Assembly: GCA_951406725.2 (NCBI GenBank)
Contig: OX597818.1
Coordinates: 11,966,001-12,030,000 of the forward strand
DNA from: Octopus vulgaris
Lineage: Eukaryota
Length of the DNA: 64,000 nucleotides
Direction: 5' to 3'
Positions within the stretch are counted from its first letter, which is position 1. The number at the start of each line of letters is the position of its first letter. Below are positions 27,083-42,009 of the stretch, in pieces. Below the pieces are notes generated by a model. It made no database searches. It was not told the origin of the DNA and worked only from the letters and a program-made list of their open reading frames with translations. Made by a program: the position numbers and the translations under genes.

Positions 27083-30000
27083 GTAAGAATTTTTTTGTTT
27101 TCATCCAAGCTTCCTTGTAATGAAATTTTAATTTTTGTTAGATTTAATTTAAATTTCTTTTAAAACACTCCAGCTAGAGATCCATGTTGAGTGCAATCAA
27201 TGTATAGTTTTTTTAAAGGTGATGTGTGGATAAAAATGTTTAGCATACATTTCAATAATTCATTTTGTTAAATAAATATGACTGAATCTTTATTCTGATT
27301 TAGTGTCCAGTGCTAGGATATCAACACTCTACACCAGTACTACAGTGTGCACCTCCTCCCAGCCCTAATATGTGCTTCGTTTACTCTGTTTTATATTGTG
27401 GGCCCTCTTTAACAATCTTCCTCTAAATTTCTTCAGCTGACACCTTTACCCCAGCTGAAAAATGCTGTTGAAAAATGCTGTTGTAATTAACTTATGCATA
27501 TGATATCTGTAGTTTTATTATCATGCGTATCAGCAAGTAAATCTTTTAACTGACAAAAGTAAATCTTTTAACTATTTTACACCAAAATCTTGTGACATGT
27601 CATAACACCAGATAAACCTCTTGTCTTCTCTATACTCCTCTTTCAACCCAATACTCCTCTTTCCTCTATTTCAGGAGCAACCTCCTGTACTCTCTTTATT
27701 ACTGAGATTGCATGTTTTTTGTTATATTAAGAAATATTAGGTTGGTTAGATTATGTGTGACACTCCAGATTTTAGCTCCTACTCATTTGATGTGTTTAGT
27801 GCAGGAGGTGATACTGCAGAGAATATAAAATATTTAGTGTGGGATTAGAGGAAGTTATTTAAGGAGCTGAGAAGAATTGCCCATAAGTTTTTCAGGTTAT
27901 TATGAAGACTTCTAAAAATCCGTCATAGACAAGATGATACTGGATCAAGCAATACGTTAATTAGCCAAACTGAACACCTGTCAGTCAAATATGAGTGAAA
28001 AATTGATGTCAAAGAATTTATGGTGATGATGATCTGTACTGTTTAAAACTATCTTAATGCTTTAGTCAGAACAATGGTGTTAGTGCCAAGACGTTTTTTG
28101 CAGTGGAAGAAACCACAGTTCATTACTTGTACTCCAGTTAGCTTTCAAAAATTCATCTCCATTTTAGGCATCCAAAAGCAGCTTGTATCACATACTTTTT
28201 CATGCAGCTGTGAATACTAAATGAGAAATTGTTTTAGTTTACTGATATATTTCTCTAATTCATTCCCACCAACATTTGTAATGTAATGTAAAACAGATTA
28301 GCCGTTTAACTCATCAAATTAAAATTTTTGTTGTACAGTTAATCACAAATAACAGGAAAAATAAATAGTGCAGCTGAAAGAATAATAAAAAGATGATGAT
28401 TATATTGTATTTGAGACTGATGAAAAGTTAATAATATTTGACCAGTATTTAAAACTGAAATAAACTCTTTGTATTGTATAATTTTCTGACTATCCTGTTT
28501 TTGGGACCCTTCTTTAATGGGCTAATTATTATTTAGATTATAATTATTCTCAATCAGATTGGATGATGTACTTCTCATTCACATATTCTGAACTATATCA
28601 TCCACAGAGATGTCTATGACTGATTCTTAGGAGTGTAATATCCTGAAAAACCTATTGGCAGTTCTCAGTGCAAATCAAATGTCAATATAGTCGAATGTAG
28701 TCGCAAATTAATGTGAAGTTATAAATAAAAACAGAAGATATCAGTTATCTCCCTTGTGAAAGTAACTGTGCTGAACATAGTAAAAGAAACAGATTACAGA
28801 TTTCTCACGAACGCGCCATCACTTTGAAAATAGAAGCTAATATTCAAGTAGTGAGCATTAAAAATACCAATGTAATAAGGAAAGAACAATTAATGTAATC
28901 GTTTACTGTTTAGTTTCTGCCAGTTTTTTTTTTTTTTGTAATGTATCATGTCACATTTCTTCTACATGTGACTGTTGAAGACTTTACATTTATATTTCTT
29001 GTGAAGTTACTTATGTGATTGTTCTCCTGTGAATATATTTAATTGAGGAAAATAAACAAGACTTTCTTGATACAGTTTGAGATGTCAGACCAGAGGAAAG
29101 AGAAAGTTTGAAATTGTTAGAGAAAATATTTTAATGTAGAAATAAAATGGATGTTTGGTTAAGTTATCGGACTGTTCAGCTAACTGTCCAGAACAGTAAA
29201 CAATGTTTTCTTGGAAAGTTGTTATAGTATGTCAACCTTTCCAAGTGAAGATCTGATACTCATCTAATTAGCACAGCATAAACTGTAATTAGATGCACTT
29301 CAGAGTTCCTGAAATGATTATCATTATTGTAGTTTCACAATCAAGAACGGAACTATGTTATAGATAGATTAGATAGTGGTAATATGATAAGAAACAAGAA
29401 ATTTCAGTTTGATTGCAAAAAAAAATATCCCTGATTATTTGAGTCTCTGGGGACCAAAAGAAAAAAAGCCACTGAATATTGACTTTTGTTAAACTACTGA
29501 GTTTTGACTGAAAAATAATGTTCAGTCAATTTTATGACAGTCTAAATTCATAGATAAATAGAACTGTACAATAATAGTAGAATGAAATGATAAAATATAA
29601 TTGAATTTTCTCTATTCAATATTGAGAATAAGAACTATAAAGTAAGGAAAGTTTCAGGATACCAACCATTATGTTTTAGCTAAAGCATTTTGATTGTTTT
29701 GATTATTTCATTATTAATCTTTATCACAAAACCAGTTGCAAATACTGGATATTCTGATTGATTACTATATGGTGTCTGGGTACTATATACTGCTTGAATG
29801 TTGTTTACTGTTTGAATACTAAAAAATAAAATATGCTATGGGCGAAGTACCTTTGATCATAGTTCTACTGATTAAAGATGACCTGGAGCTAAAGAGCAGC
29901 ATCATTTGCAAGCTGACATAAAGAGCAGCATCATTTGCAAGCCATTGTACATGATGCCATTGATGCACTTAACAAAGCTTCTGACCATATCATTATACAG

Positions 30001-30686
30001 GGCATAAGCAATTGGAGGTATGGAAGGGTCTTGCAGCAACCAAAAGCTGTGGCAGTAGAATGTATATAGTTATAAAACATCTGAGATGTGTTGTTATTAA
30101 TATTATATTTTTTAAACTATTAATAAGTCTAATTTGATTATAATCTTATAAAATTTGGTGTTGTATTTGCTTAGCAGTGACTTGATCATAGTGTTTCACT
30201 GCATAGTCTATGATTAACTGTTAAGCATTTAAGCTGGCTGTATCCTGCCTGAATATCCTACATGCTTTATGTTCAAACTGACAATATCTGGCCTCTCATA
30301 CCTACTCTATAATGTCATTCTAAAAGTATACAGCCACATCATTGAAATCTTGAAACTACACGATAATGTATGATTAATTCAAAACGATGTGAATAAATAA
30401 GTATTATATTTGGCAGAGAAATCTGAATGATAAAGTGTTAAATAGACTGGAACAAGTACATGTTAATGGATTTATGACACCCGATTAAAACAGGTGCAGT
30501 TACTGTTACATTCATATCTATTTATTTCTTGATTATATAACATTTAAACTTACTTCAAAGTGTCAAAATTCTTCTGCATCCCTATACAATGGAATAATAT
30601 TAGTGATCAGGTCATAGATATAACACAATACCTTTTGGCACTTCTTATATACAATGCTATCAACAAATAAAATCATCTTTTTACAG

Positions 30687-30970
30687 GTGTTGTAGAGTGC
30701 ATGGCTGCTGGGACGATAATTCTGGCTCATGACTCTGGTGGCCCCAAGATGGACATTGTTGTGCAACATGATGAAAATAGAACAGGTTTTCTAGCTTCAG
30801 ATGTGGATAGTTATTCAGATGCCATGAGAACAATATTTGATTTGTCTGAAAACGAGAAAATGAATATCCGCAGAAATGCCCGATCACACATTGAAAAATT
30901 TTCTGATAAACAATTCTCTGACCAATTTATGAATGTCCTGGAACCATTGATTAAAATAAACATTTCATGA
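30687..30970 (+). CDS. ALG11: ALG11 coding exon 3 (C-terminus)
   Basis: Acceptor tctttttacag at 30686; G+GT completes the EX7E motif EHFGIGVVE, followed by CMAAG..AHDSGGPKMDIV. TGA at 30968-30970. Spliced CDS is 224+926+284=1434 nt, or 477 aa. Confidence 0.95.
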
Positions 30971-31096
30971 AATTTGATTCTTCTATATTATTTGTGTTTG
31001 TATGTATGTGCTTGTATATGTGTATGTTATATATTTGCATATATATGACTGCTTCTATATTTGTGTATTTCTTCTGTATGTCTTTATATTTGTGTG

Positions 31097-31420
31097 AAGG
31101 CATGTGGCTTAGTGGTTTGAGGCATTCGGTTCATGATTGTAAGGTTGTGAGTTCAATTCTCAGCAGTGTATTGTGTCCTTGAGCAAGACACTTTATTTCA
31201 CGTTGCTCCAGTCTACTCAGCTGGCAAACATGAGTAGTACCTGCATTTCAAAGGGCCAGCCTTGTCACACACTGTGTCACGCTGAATTTCCCCGAGAACT
31301 ATGTTAAGGGTACATGTGTTTGTGGAGTGCTCAGCCACTTACACATTAATTTCATGAGCAAGCTGTTCTGTTGATCTTATCAGCTGGGACCCTTGTCGTC
31401 GCAACTGACAGAGTGCTCCT
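31097..31420 (+). mobile_element. tRNA-derived SINE family C (also 44497-44695(-), 46607-46910(+), 50128-50300(+))
   Basis: tggcttagtgg A box, gagttc.att B box and gtccttgagcaagacactttatttcacgttgctccagt core. Confidence 0.8.
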
Positions 31421-32914
31421 TATATTTGCATATATCATATTTGCTTATGATTTTGTGAGTCAGTGTGGTTTTGTGTTAGCTTTTGTTTCTATTTGTCTCT
31501 GTGTGTAATTATGTATTCATATTTCTGTTCATGGATTTCTTTCCTTTGCTTGTGGACTTGCATGTGCATTTGTGTTTATACATTTTGGTAAGTATATTTT
31601 TGTGTGAGTGTATGCACATTTGTACATTTATGTATTTGCATTTTTATGTTTGTGTCTGTGCATGTGTGTATGAAGAAGCACGTAACCAAATATCACAAGG
31701 ACCGATTACTTTCTTGAATGCGCTTATTTTTTTTTATGTCTGTTATCATTTTTATTATTATTTTTCTCTTAGTTAGGAAGAAGTGCAGTGTCTGTGACTC
31801 TTCTTAGGGCCTCCAAGACTAGTCATATGGTAGGAGAAAGGTATCTGTAAAATGGCAGCCTGGTCAAAATGTAAACTGCAAAGTGGACTTTTCTTATGAC
31901 ATCTTAGGACCAATTCATAACATAACTGTCACAGTCATTGCTGAAGTTGGTAAGCATATAGATGTATTTTAAACTTTAAAATATACTTTCTCATACTAAA
32001 CACTAAAATTGTTTTGTAGTACTGGTCAAACTGATTCACTGAAAATACTTCATTCCTTAACACTTACCATTTCTCTTTGGAGCTCAATTGAAACCCACAA
32101 TGGAATATGACTCACTCATCTGAGATGGAGTTGCTGCCACATAAAGATATCCCACACTGCATATAAAGGAAAGCCACTTGACTTGTTCACCAACACACTC
32201 CATCTTTCTGACCCACAGACATACTGCTGTTTCTCTCTATCTGTTACTCCTCAGAGTTGACTAGCTGCATGTTACCTTCTGTCAAGTACTCCAACATCAT
32301 TCGTCTCTGCTCCACTTGCCACCCATGTTGCACTAAAATCTAAATTCCCAGTTTTTCCTTCCCAGAACATCATTCCACTGATATTATCTCTCTGCACATC
32401 CTTTTTTTTTCTGCTTCAGTCAACTTGCAACAGTCTTGGATGGCCTCCTATGGTCATAGCATAGCTGCTTCTCAGGTACTAACTAACTGAAAAAGAATAA
32501 AATTCATTTCATTACAATTATCTTTGCAATGAAGAGAAAGAAAATGTCTTATGGTTAATGTTAAACAAGTATTGTTGGATGAAAGGTGTAACAACTCCAA
32601 TATTTTAGTTAGAATTAAATATGCACTGACTAATATTAATCTGTTTCTATCATATTACATTGCATCAGTGTAGAATAGTATTTTTCCTAGAGCTTATCAG
32701 GTATAGTGACACAGGTTAGCTGTACTGGTGTATAAGAAAAGTACACATGTCGTCTTTACCACTTAAGTTAATGAGCAAAGGAAATCACCAAGGGACAGCA
32801 TCAGCATAATTTGATCAATGTTAGCTTATAGTTTCTTCTCATTGCAAAGAGAATTTCAATTAAATGATTATTTTTTTTTGCTCACTGCAGTATGTTATCC
32901 CCCAGTTAAATATA

Positions 32915-35900
32915 TTATTAATAATAATAATGAAATTATTGTATACAGTGCTCAGGTGCACCACAACTTGTCAGAAAGTGCGTATAAAGTGTATGCAGCA
33001 ATGTACAAATGTCTGGCAAGCGAACAATGTATGAGTCAGATACATGCTTGTGTGTGTATGGAGGGGAGAAAATCAGGTGTAGTGTTGGCGAATCTCAGGA
33101 AGCATGGAAGTTTTGAAGGATGCAGTGCTCCAACAACTAACAACTGATGCCGGGAGTTTGTTCCATGCTTCAGCAACTCTCAGCGTGAAAAAATGTTTCC
33201 TAAAGTCATGGGAGCTGTGCTGTTTTCTTTGTAAATATGCCCATGGGTGTTAGACGGGTGGAGTTTGAAAAGGTGCTCAGAGTTATTGTTTGTAAGATGG
33301 TTAATAATTTTATGGGTGTCTGCCAAGTCAGCTGCCAGATGTTGGAGTTTCAATGTGTCTATGTCCAGGGAAGTAAGGCGTTCAGAATATGGCAAATGCC
33401 TGATGGAGGGTATTCTTTTGGTTGCACATCGCTGAACGGCTTCCAGACGATTAATATCCTGGGCAAGATAGGGGTTCCAGACTGGTGATGCAATTTCCAG
33501 GTGAGGTCTTATCATAGCTATATAAAGCTGCAGGTAGATAGCCGGAGAGTGGCTCACAAAGGACTTGGTGATTGATGCCAAGACACCCTCAACCTTCTTG
33601 GCAATTTTAGCGATGTGTTTTGTCTGATGCAAATCGCTGTCGACAATAACACCCAGGTCACGTTCACACGAAGACTTTTTGAGATTAGTGTTGTGGAGGG
33701 AGTAGGTAGATGCTGGATTTTTCCTCCCAAAATGCATGGTGGTACATTTGTCCACAGCCAGCTTGAGTTGCCAGTCCATGATCCACTGCTGCATTGTGTC
33801 CAGGTCTGATTGCAATAGAGATCTATAGTGTACAGGATCTGACCTCTTTATTTCGAGGTACAGCTTGATGTAATCTGCATATTTCAGCACTGTGGCATTC
33901 TTTAAGTTGGCATCTATGTCATTAACATATGCAACAAATAAAAGGGGGCCAAGAACAGATCCCTGTGGTACACCAGATATCATCTCATAGGGTGAAGAGT
34001 GCTATCCTAGAACTGTGACAACCTCTTTTCGGCCGAAAATAAATGACTTCAACCAGTTATAGAGATCGTCTCTTTCGCCCAATGCAGAGAGTTTCACCAT
34101 AAGTCTTTTGTGTGGCACAGAGTTAAAAGCCTTAGCAAAGTCCAGGTAAACAACATCCACCCAGGATCTGCGATCAGTGATTTGGGTAATGTCCTCAAGA
34201 AACTTGATGAGTTGATTACAGCAGCTGGAGTTAGGAATAAATCCAAATTGTGACGGCTGGATGAGGCTGTGAGACTTCCAGAAGTTCCAGAGTGTTTCCC
34301 TGACACAGGATTCCATCAGTTTGGCGATGCAGCTAGTAAGACTAACAGGGCGATAGTTGACAGGTGATGTGCGGTCACCTTTTTTGAAAAAAGGGATAAC
34401 ACTGGCAGTTTTCCACTGCTCTGGAGTAGCACCATTGTCAAGACAGAATTGGAAGAATAGAGAAAGTTGGCTTAGAAGAAAGTACCCACCGCGTTTGAGA
34501 AGTAGGTATGTAACACCATCGAGACCAGGAGAGGCATAGTTGCGTTTGTTCTTAAGGTGGCGTTGTAGCATTGCTGGTGTAAATTGCATAGTAGATATAG
34601 AGTCCGGTGTCAGTGGTGATGAAGATGGAACATTTTGGTCTTCGACAGTAAAGATGCCGGCATAGCATCCAGCAATGATTTCTGCACATTCTTTGGGATT
34701 GCCAGTAATCTGCCCTGTGTAGGAATTGCGAAGGGGACCAACTGGAGAGTGAGGTCTCTGCTTTGAGTGCACATACTTCCAGAATACTTTGCTGTCAGGG
34801 TTTGGTTGCAATGCGTTGTTCGAATTCAAGCACTGCCTTTTTTGTCACCTGCTTGAGGTGGTTGGCTGACCTATTGCGCTTTTTCCTGTTGATCTCTGAT
34901 TTGTGCAATTTGTATTCCTGTTCAGCATTACGGCGTTCTTTCCTGGCAAGTCGAACTGCTGCAGTCTCCCAAATTGCACTATTGGGTGGTTTTTTGTGCT
35001 TGCGTGGTACTGATGCTGCACATGCCGCCCATATTGTATTCAGAATGTTCTGAAGTATAGTGTCCACATCTCCAGAGGCATAAAATTCGAGCCAGTTTGG
35101 GCGTTGCAGCTCAGTACAATAAGAGCTCCAGTCTGCTTTATTCAGTCAAAGCGGGCAGTTTGAAGATGATTGTGGTTTTTGTTACAACCAATCAGAGACA
35201 AGTCAGCCATGATCATGGAATGATCAGAGTCACCTAAAGGTTCTTCAGTAGTGACACTGATAATTGTTTCAGGAGAAGCGGTAAGTAGCAGATCCAAAGT
35301 GTTGTTACCCCTTGTGGGGGAGGTAATGACTTGGGACCAATTTGAATTCAGCACCAGTTCAAGGAAATCGTCTGCACTTTGCGGCCAACGGAAGGCCTCC
35401 CAGTCAATCTCAGGGAAATTGAAGTCACCCGCAATATAAACATAAGTGACTGTTTTCATGGCAGCAGCTCTGAGGATATCAAAAAGCTGTGCGTCTTGAT
35501 GATAATTTGGGGGGCGGTAAACAACTCCAAGGATAAGTGTTGACATGGTCATGTGTATATTGCAGAAAAATACTTCCTGCTGAGATTGGTTCAAATCATC
35601 ACAAGGGATAGCCGATAGATTTGATCGAACATAAACCATCACACCCACTCCATGGCGATTAATGCGGTCTTTGCGGAACAGGTTGTAGCCGGCTATGCTG
35701 AAAACTCCATCACAGAGTGCAGAATGTGCTCATGTTTCCGTGACTGTGATGAAATCTGGTTGATATTTTTGACGTAAGAGTCAAAAAGATGTACCTTGTT
35801 GCATAAACTACAGGCATTCAAGGACAGCAGTTTGTATCTGGATTTCAGATGGTGATGATATACAGGGGATTGCTGATTGTTCTTGGTTAGTTTCCCAAGA

Positions 35901-36650
35901 TTTTTGTATTGCCAGTTGTTGTTGTGGGTGCAGTTTGCTCAGTCCAACTGGTATCCCTTATCCACGACTCACCAGACTTGACAAATTTCCAGATTTGCCA
36001 ATCATCGTGGAGGCTAAAACTTTCCTGTGGCACAGAGTTGCGATTTAAGGAAGCTACAGCTCTTAGCTTTGGGCGTACATCAGGTGGTAGGCCAGGATGT
36101 ATCCTAAAGGTGATTCTGTTTTTGCGCTGAGCCCTATCAGCAGCCAGATGGTATGCCCGCACCTCAGTAAAGTTTGAAAACATCAGCCTGATCAGTCTAG
36201 GTTTGGATCCTGGTCGGCCAAGGCAGAAAGCACTTTTTGGAGGAACACAACTGAGGTCCTTAGATGTGTTTCCAGTGAATGCCTGCAGATCTACCACATC
36301 TTCCGGCACTCCGATGGCAATTACCTCATGAGTGGTTGATTCAGCAACTTTCTCGATGCGTCGAGGTTCCGTACGAGCTACAGGTAAGTTGCTGAGCAAG
36401 GCACTCCGATTCGACCCCTCGCTGTGAGGTTTCGCACAGACGCTGGTTTTGAGACCTGCTATTTTGCGACTTAAAGCAGAAATCATTTGTCTAATTTCTG
36501 CAACTTCTGTGCTGATGGTCGATTTTTGCTTTAGTTGAGAAGTATCGGGAGAGGAGGGTATGGTTGGCTTTTGTTCCTGCTGATGTACTTCAACTGGAAT
36601 GGTCAATTTTTGTTGTCGAAGAGCAATAGGGGAGGAAGACACAGGGGGCT
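32915..36650 (-). mobile_element. Near full-length but disrupted LINE (CR1/L2/Jockey group): ORF1-like, APE endonuclease and RT
   Basis: ORF1-like 35887-36642 (LGRPGSKPRLIRL). APE motifs GVVYRPP, AGDFNFP, LDLLL and SDH (35142-35648). RT motifs SPGLDG, YRPVSLTS, QFGF, YLDFAKAF, GVPQGSVLGP and YAD. Broken by stops and a frameshift. (TTA)n-like tail near 32915-32930. Confidence 0.93.
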
Positions 36651-37225
36651 AAGGATTATTTATTTATAAAAGCTTAGCTGTCACTTGCAAGTGAGTATGA
36701 CTGGATTGCTTTGTTATACTTTTGCTAGTTGTTAAGGTGTCTATGTAGTTGTGAGCAGACATAGAAACCCTTTTGGTATGCCTATCCTTAATCCAGTAGG
36801 ACTGTGACAGCAAGAGGGAGGGAGGGAGAGCTGCACTTATACTAGGTTGGTACTCACTTTTAGCTATATGATAGTACCAAAACCCACAGGCTAGTCAATG
36901 GTGTGAGTTAGGGTTAGGGTCTTTGATGAAATATGTTGCAATAGTTATTGTGATTCTTTCTTCTGATTTAAAATACTGAAGAGGCCAACTTAATCTTTCA
37001 TCCATTTGGGATTGATTAAGAAAGCATTGCCTTAAAATTAATGTCATCCTCTCTCCATCCAGCTGTGACATGATAGTTATTCCATTAAGTCAATGTTGGG
37101 TGATACTGAGGAGGGATGTCTATGCGTTGACTAGCGACTAAATAGAGAACTTTAAGAATTAGTGGAAGTCTAAGTTATACTTGATTCGGTGTGATGACTA
37201 GTTTCATTTTATCACTATGCATACG

Positions 37226-37257
<32 letters not shown>

Positions 37258-39929
37258 TAGAGTAACTGTATAAGTTTACAATAGGCTAAATGTATAATTC
37301 GGGATGATGATGACAGATCTTGGTATTTGTTCTTGAAAAACTTAGGTGTTATTTAGTTCTAAATTGCCCCCCCCCACCTCCATTAAGTATGTTTGGTCAA
37401 AGGCATTTCAAATGCAGCTATCCTGTTCTTTATTTTAAGGTACTGTGTTATCTGGACTATGCTATTCAAAATACCCTCTCTTTAATAAAGCAGTAGGATG
37501 TGATTTGATGGAGAATTGACTGCTATTTCTAGTAGGTTGTAAGGGTACAAGAGAGACTCTGTTTGTGGCTTGACTGGGGGAAATAAAGTGCAAGTTGTAA
37601 TGTTCATCATATTTGTAAGTAACTTAGGAGGAGAAACTTCAAGAATGAGAATCTGTTCATTGAATCTGTTCACTGAGAACTTCACATTCTTTTGGGTTGA
37701 ACATTGTCGCGGCTACTGCTACTGTTGTTTACCTAATGGTCAGCTCTAATCCAAAATCTTTAATAAAATATGTGCAACCATGTCCATATTGTGGTGTATT
37801 CTTAGTATATATAGCAGTATAGCATCTGATTTATTCTTTGTTTTTTTTAAAATCTATTCAAAGATAGTTGGGTGAGATTAGGGAAATTTGGCTGCTACTT
37901 ATAGTAGATCAAGCAAACACATACAGATTCCCTCATTGGTTCATACTGTCCAAAAAGTTGGTCAAGAAACTACAATGTAATTTCCAGTTTTATGCCCTAG
38001 ATACACCAGGAGACATCAGTCAGGTTGATGTAATTGGTAGTTAAATTAAATGAAGATAGCAGACTTCCTTAGTTTTACTAGTTCCACAGTTTTGTTAACT
38101 TTAATGAGAAATTTCATTTTATTTTTTTAGCATTTGGCAGGGAGGGAAGGGTAATATCCCTGACCTTTACAGAGTGTTCAAGATTGTAGGAAGATGGTAG
38201 CTTCAAACCAGAAAGGTGACTTGAGTGCTGGCAACCGAGCGAACTCTGCTAAAGACACACAAAGGATATGAGCAGTTCAGTCTTAATGTATGGGCACCGG
38301 TGGCATTTACCCTGGGTCTCTTGGGTCTTGGAAACCAACTCCAACTTTTATGTATGCTGTGGTTTGCTGTTAATAAGTACATACTATAGGCCCCTATGTA
38401 TTGAATTATTCTGGGGTCCATGGTACTTCTAAGATGACCCTAGCTATATCATAATGTTAAATAGAGCTATGGATTAAGTATACTACCCAAGTAGGCTATT
38501 GTAGGATTTGAACTCAGAATGCAAAAATGTAGAAGAAACATCACATGATATTCTGACACTTTAATGATTTTTCCAGTCCAACACCCCTGGAACGTTGAAA
38601 GGTATAGTTGATATCAGTAGGATTTTAACTCAGAATGTAAGGAATTGGAATAAATACTGCCAAGCATTTTGTCCACTGCGTTAACAACTCTGCCAATTCT
38701 CCTCTACTAACATTATAGCAAAATATTGAAGATTAAATTTGTTGATTGATTCTAACATTTATGTATGATTATTATTTCATGCATGTCAAAATGTTGAAAA
38801 ATTGATTTGGGCTTTTTCTCCCATGTTGTATTACCATTTCAATAACTCAACACTCATCCAAGAAGTCCTATAAGAAGGAAAACCATAAAATATTGTCCTC
38901 TATGTATGACCTGCCGTAACACTTATTTAGGCTTCTCTGATGAAATGTAATTAAACTGAAACATAACCAAAGTTATCACTATCCTACACATGGTCAGAAT
39001 CACTCACCACCACATTCAGTTTTTTATTAATCATAATTTAAGTTCCGGAGTTGTCCCCTCCTGTCTTTATTGACCAAAAATAACAATGATTTTTAGCACC
39101 TTGCTATGGATGTAATCTTATTTGGTAAAATATTCTTTTTTGATTCAAAACAGTGCATATTGCCTCCTAATTAGCTAATTGCTTTTCAAGCCTGTCATCC
39201 TTGGGTATCAATTTCTCCACTCATTCCTTTTATTTTCCTCTGAAAATGCAAGACATCTATTTGTTCTTCTCTCAGAGAAACCCAAGTAATAGTTTATACT
39301 TCAACTTATTTGAAACAGGTAATGTATCTTTAAGCATCTCTAAAACAATTGCAGATTTTATCTAATTCCTATCCCTAAATCAAGACAACAAAATTGATCT
39401 CTAAAGACAATAAAATTGTATTTCCGTACTTTTAAGGCAGTGAGCTAGCAGAATTGTTAAATGCTTTGTGGCATTTCAGTCATCATTACGTTCTGAGTTC
39501 AAATTCCACTGAGGCCAACTTGCTTTTCATCCTTTGGGGATTGATAAATTAAATACCAGTGAAACATTGGGGTCGATGTAATCAACTGGTCCCCTCCCTC
39601 AATATTTCAGGCCTTATGCTTTTTGTAGAAAGGATTATTATTATTATTATTATTAAGGTGGCGAGCTAGCAGAATCATTAGTATGTTGGATATAATGCTT
39701 AGTGTCATTTCGTCAGTCTTTACATTCTGAGTTCAAATTCCACTGAGGTCGACTTTGCTTTTCATTCTCTCAGGGTTGATAAATTAATTACCAGTGGAAC
39801 ACTGGGGTCGATGTAATTGACTGGCCTCCTCCCACAAAATTTCAGGCCTTGTGCCTATAGAAGAAAGGATTATTAATATTAAGATGGCAAGTTGTTAAAT
39901 TAAGCTGTAGAGATTTCAGTGGTTGTTTC

Positions 39930-40480
39930 AACCTTATCCTTATATTGAGGATGAGTTTTCCTTTACTTGTTGGCCATACAAACGAATTTTCAGAACTCTA
40001 TCATCTTGCGTTCGAACTACATGTCTTGCCCATCTCTATTGAATTCTCAACAGTATGCTTTCGATACTGGAGATATCAGATTTTTCTATTTTGATATTTG
40101 ATATCTCATCTTGACACTTTTTTGCTGCGGATATTGTGCAGACAGCATGTGTGAAAGGTTTCAAGTTTCTTTCTATGTTTGTAGTAGGGGGACCATGCTT
40201 CTGTCTCGTACAAAATTGTACTCAGAGTAAGAGAATTAATTAGACTTGTTTTAATTTCCAAACTTACTAATGATGGGAAAGTTTTCCAAAAGCACTTATA
40301 GCCTTAGATATTTTAACATTGATTTTGTCTTCAAGAGTACTCTTAGATTTTACTGTATTGCCATGATATTTAAATGACCTGACCTATTTGAATGGTTTAT
40401 TGTCAATCATCCTACTTGAATCTGAGTATACTCTGTTGCAGGCATTGGTTGGAATAAAACTTCAATCTTTTAAGTGCTGA
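39930..40480 (-). mobile_element. Decayed RTE-like RT C-terminal fragment
   Basis: Manual translation gives FKY.G, ISKA, ILYETEAW, KLETFHTCCL.NI. Confidence 0.6.
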
Positions 40481-42009
40481 TAAAATAATAATAATAATGG
40501 TTTCAAATTTTGCCACAAGGGCAGCAGTATTTTGGGGGAGGGGATAGTTGATTACATTGACACCAGTGTTCAACTGGTGCTTATTTTATTGATCTCGAAT
40601 GGATGAACGGAAAAGTCAACCTTGGCAAAATTTGAAATCCGGACATACAGACAGATGAAATGCTAATAGGTTGTGACTTGATCAGTTGACTGGTTTAACA
40701 CTTAAACACTTATAATGGAAATCACTCTGTTGCATGCATTGGACCAAGTCTTCGGATAACTTACTTTCCACCACCAGTCTCAGAGGTTCTGTGAAAAAAT
40801 AATTAATTATGAGTATCTCTTTTCCTCTTCCAACTACGCCATTAAAAATCTCCTACTTTTTCAGTTTATAAATATTCGACTATTCAGAGATAAAATCCAG
40901 AAATTGTTTATAGTAAATTAACACAAGCTGAACTAAGTCAATATCATTGTAGATAGTGCCAAATTCACCACGGTCTGATTCCCTTTGGACTGCCGAAAAG
41001 ATTTCAGAAAAGCTGTTTGTCTAGAATTTTCTTTGCAGTCAAAATAGAATTACAGTTATCACATGTGTATTTAAAAAAAAATAATTTTTTTTTCTGTTTC
41101 AGCCAACAGAAAAACAAATATATCTATGAACCAACAAAATAAGCTCGATGTTAACATCTTAAGAAGACATATAATGTAATATAGTCCTAAACACATCTGA
41201 AAGACAATATGGTCACAACTGGAATATATTTTATCATAAGTTTCCTTGATTACACTGCAATAACATAATAAGATCACAAATTAACGAAGGAGTCTACATG
41301 TGATCACTCTATATACTAGAAATAGCAAGCAAATATTCTTCAAATCAGACCATGCTGTCTGAAATATGGAAAAGGCACATTACATAATATTATCCAACAT
41401 ATTCCTAAACTGACAGGAGCAATCAAAATACTTTTGATCATTGCTTGGCTTGATTAGGATTAACTGGGACTAAATAATAACAGTAATAACAAAAACAAAC
41501 ATTACTTCAATCTCAGTGTTGAAAAATAGGAATATTGCTTTCATGTATTTTAATGAAGATAAGGATTTCCCATATTGGCAAGAAGTCAGAAAGCTATCAG
41601 CAAGTTAATTTCAGTAATTGACTCGTTTCTAATAGTCCTTCCTTATTTCATCACATTCTGTAATTATGAAAATCAGGATTGAATCTGGATGGATTGCAAC
41701 TCAATAATAAAAATATGTAATGAAACATTTCTGTGATATTATTTATTTCCAACTCTGATCAAACAAACGATATCATCAGAGGCGTTCCAGCAAATATTAA
41801 GCTAATATCTGTAACTCAAGTAAAAGTATAAGTAGATTCCACTCTGATGAAGCAATTTATCACAGGGCTAAGGACAAGTATAAAAAAAAATGCTCACCCA
41901 TATACTTGTAACCCACTCACTACCTCCCAAACTTTCTTGCCATACCAGAAGAAATATGTTGAGGTAAAATCCACAGTCCAGCCTGAACGTAATATTATGC
42001 ATAAAAAAA

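Noticed and set aside
36908-36919. TTAGGG x2 (and CCCTAA x2 at ~17208) as telomeric sequence
   Set aside because: Only two units, one set inside a MITE; not significant.
38937-38975. CTGATGA...GAAAC hammerhead-like core (also CTGATGA at ~3147 and ~41844)
   Set aside because: Stems I-III do not pair around these cores.
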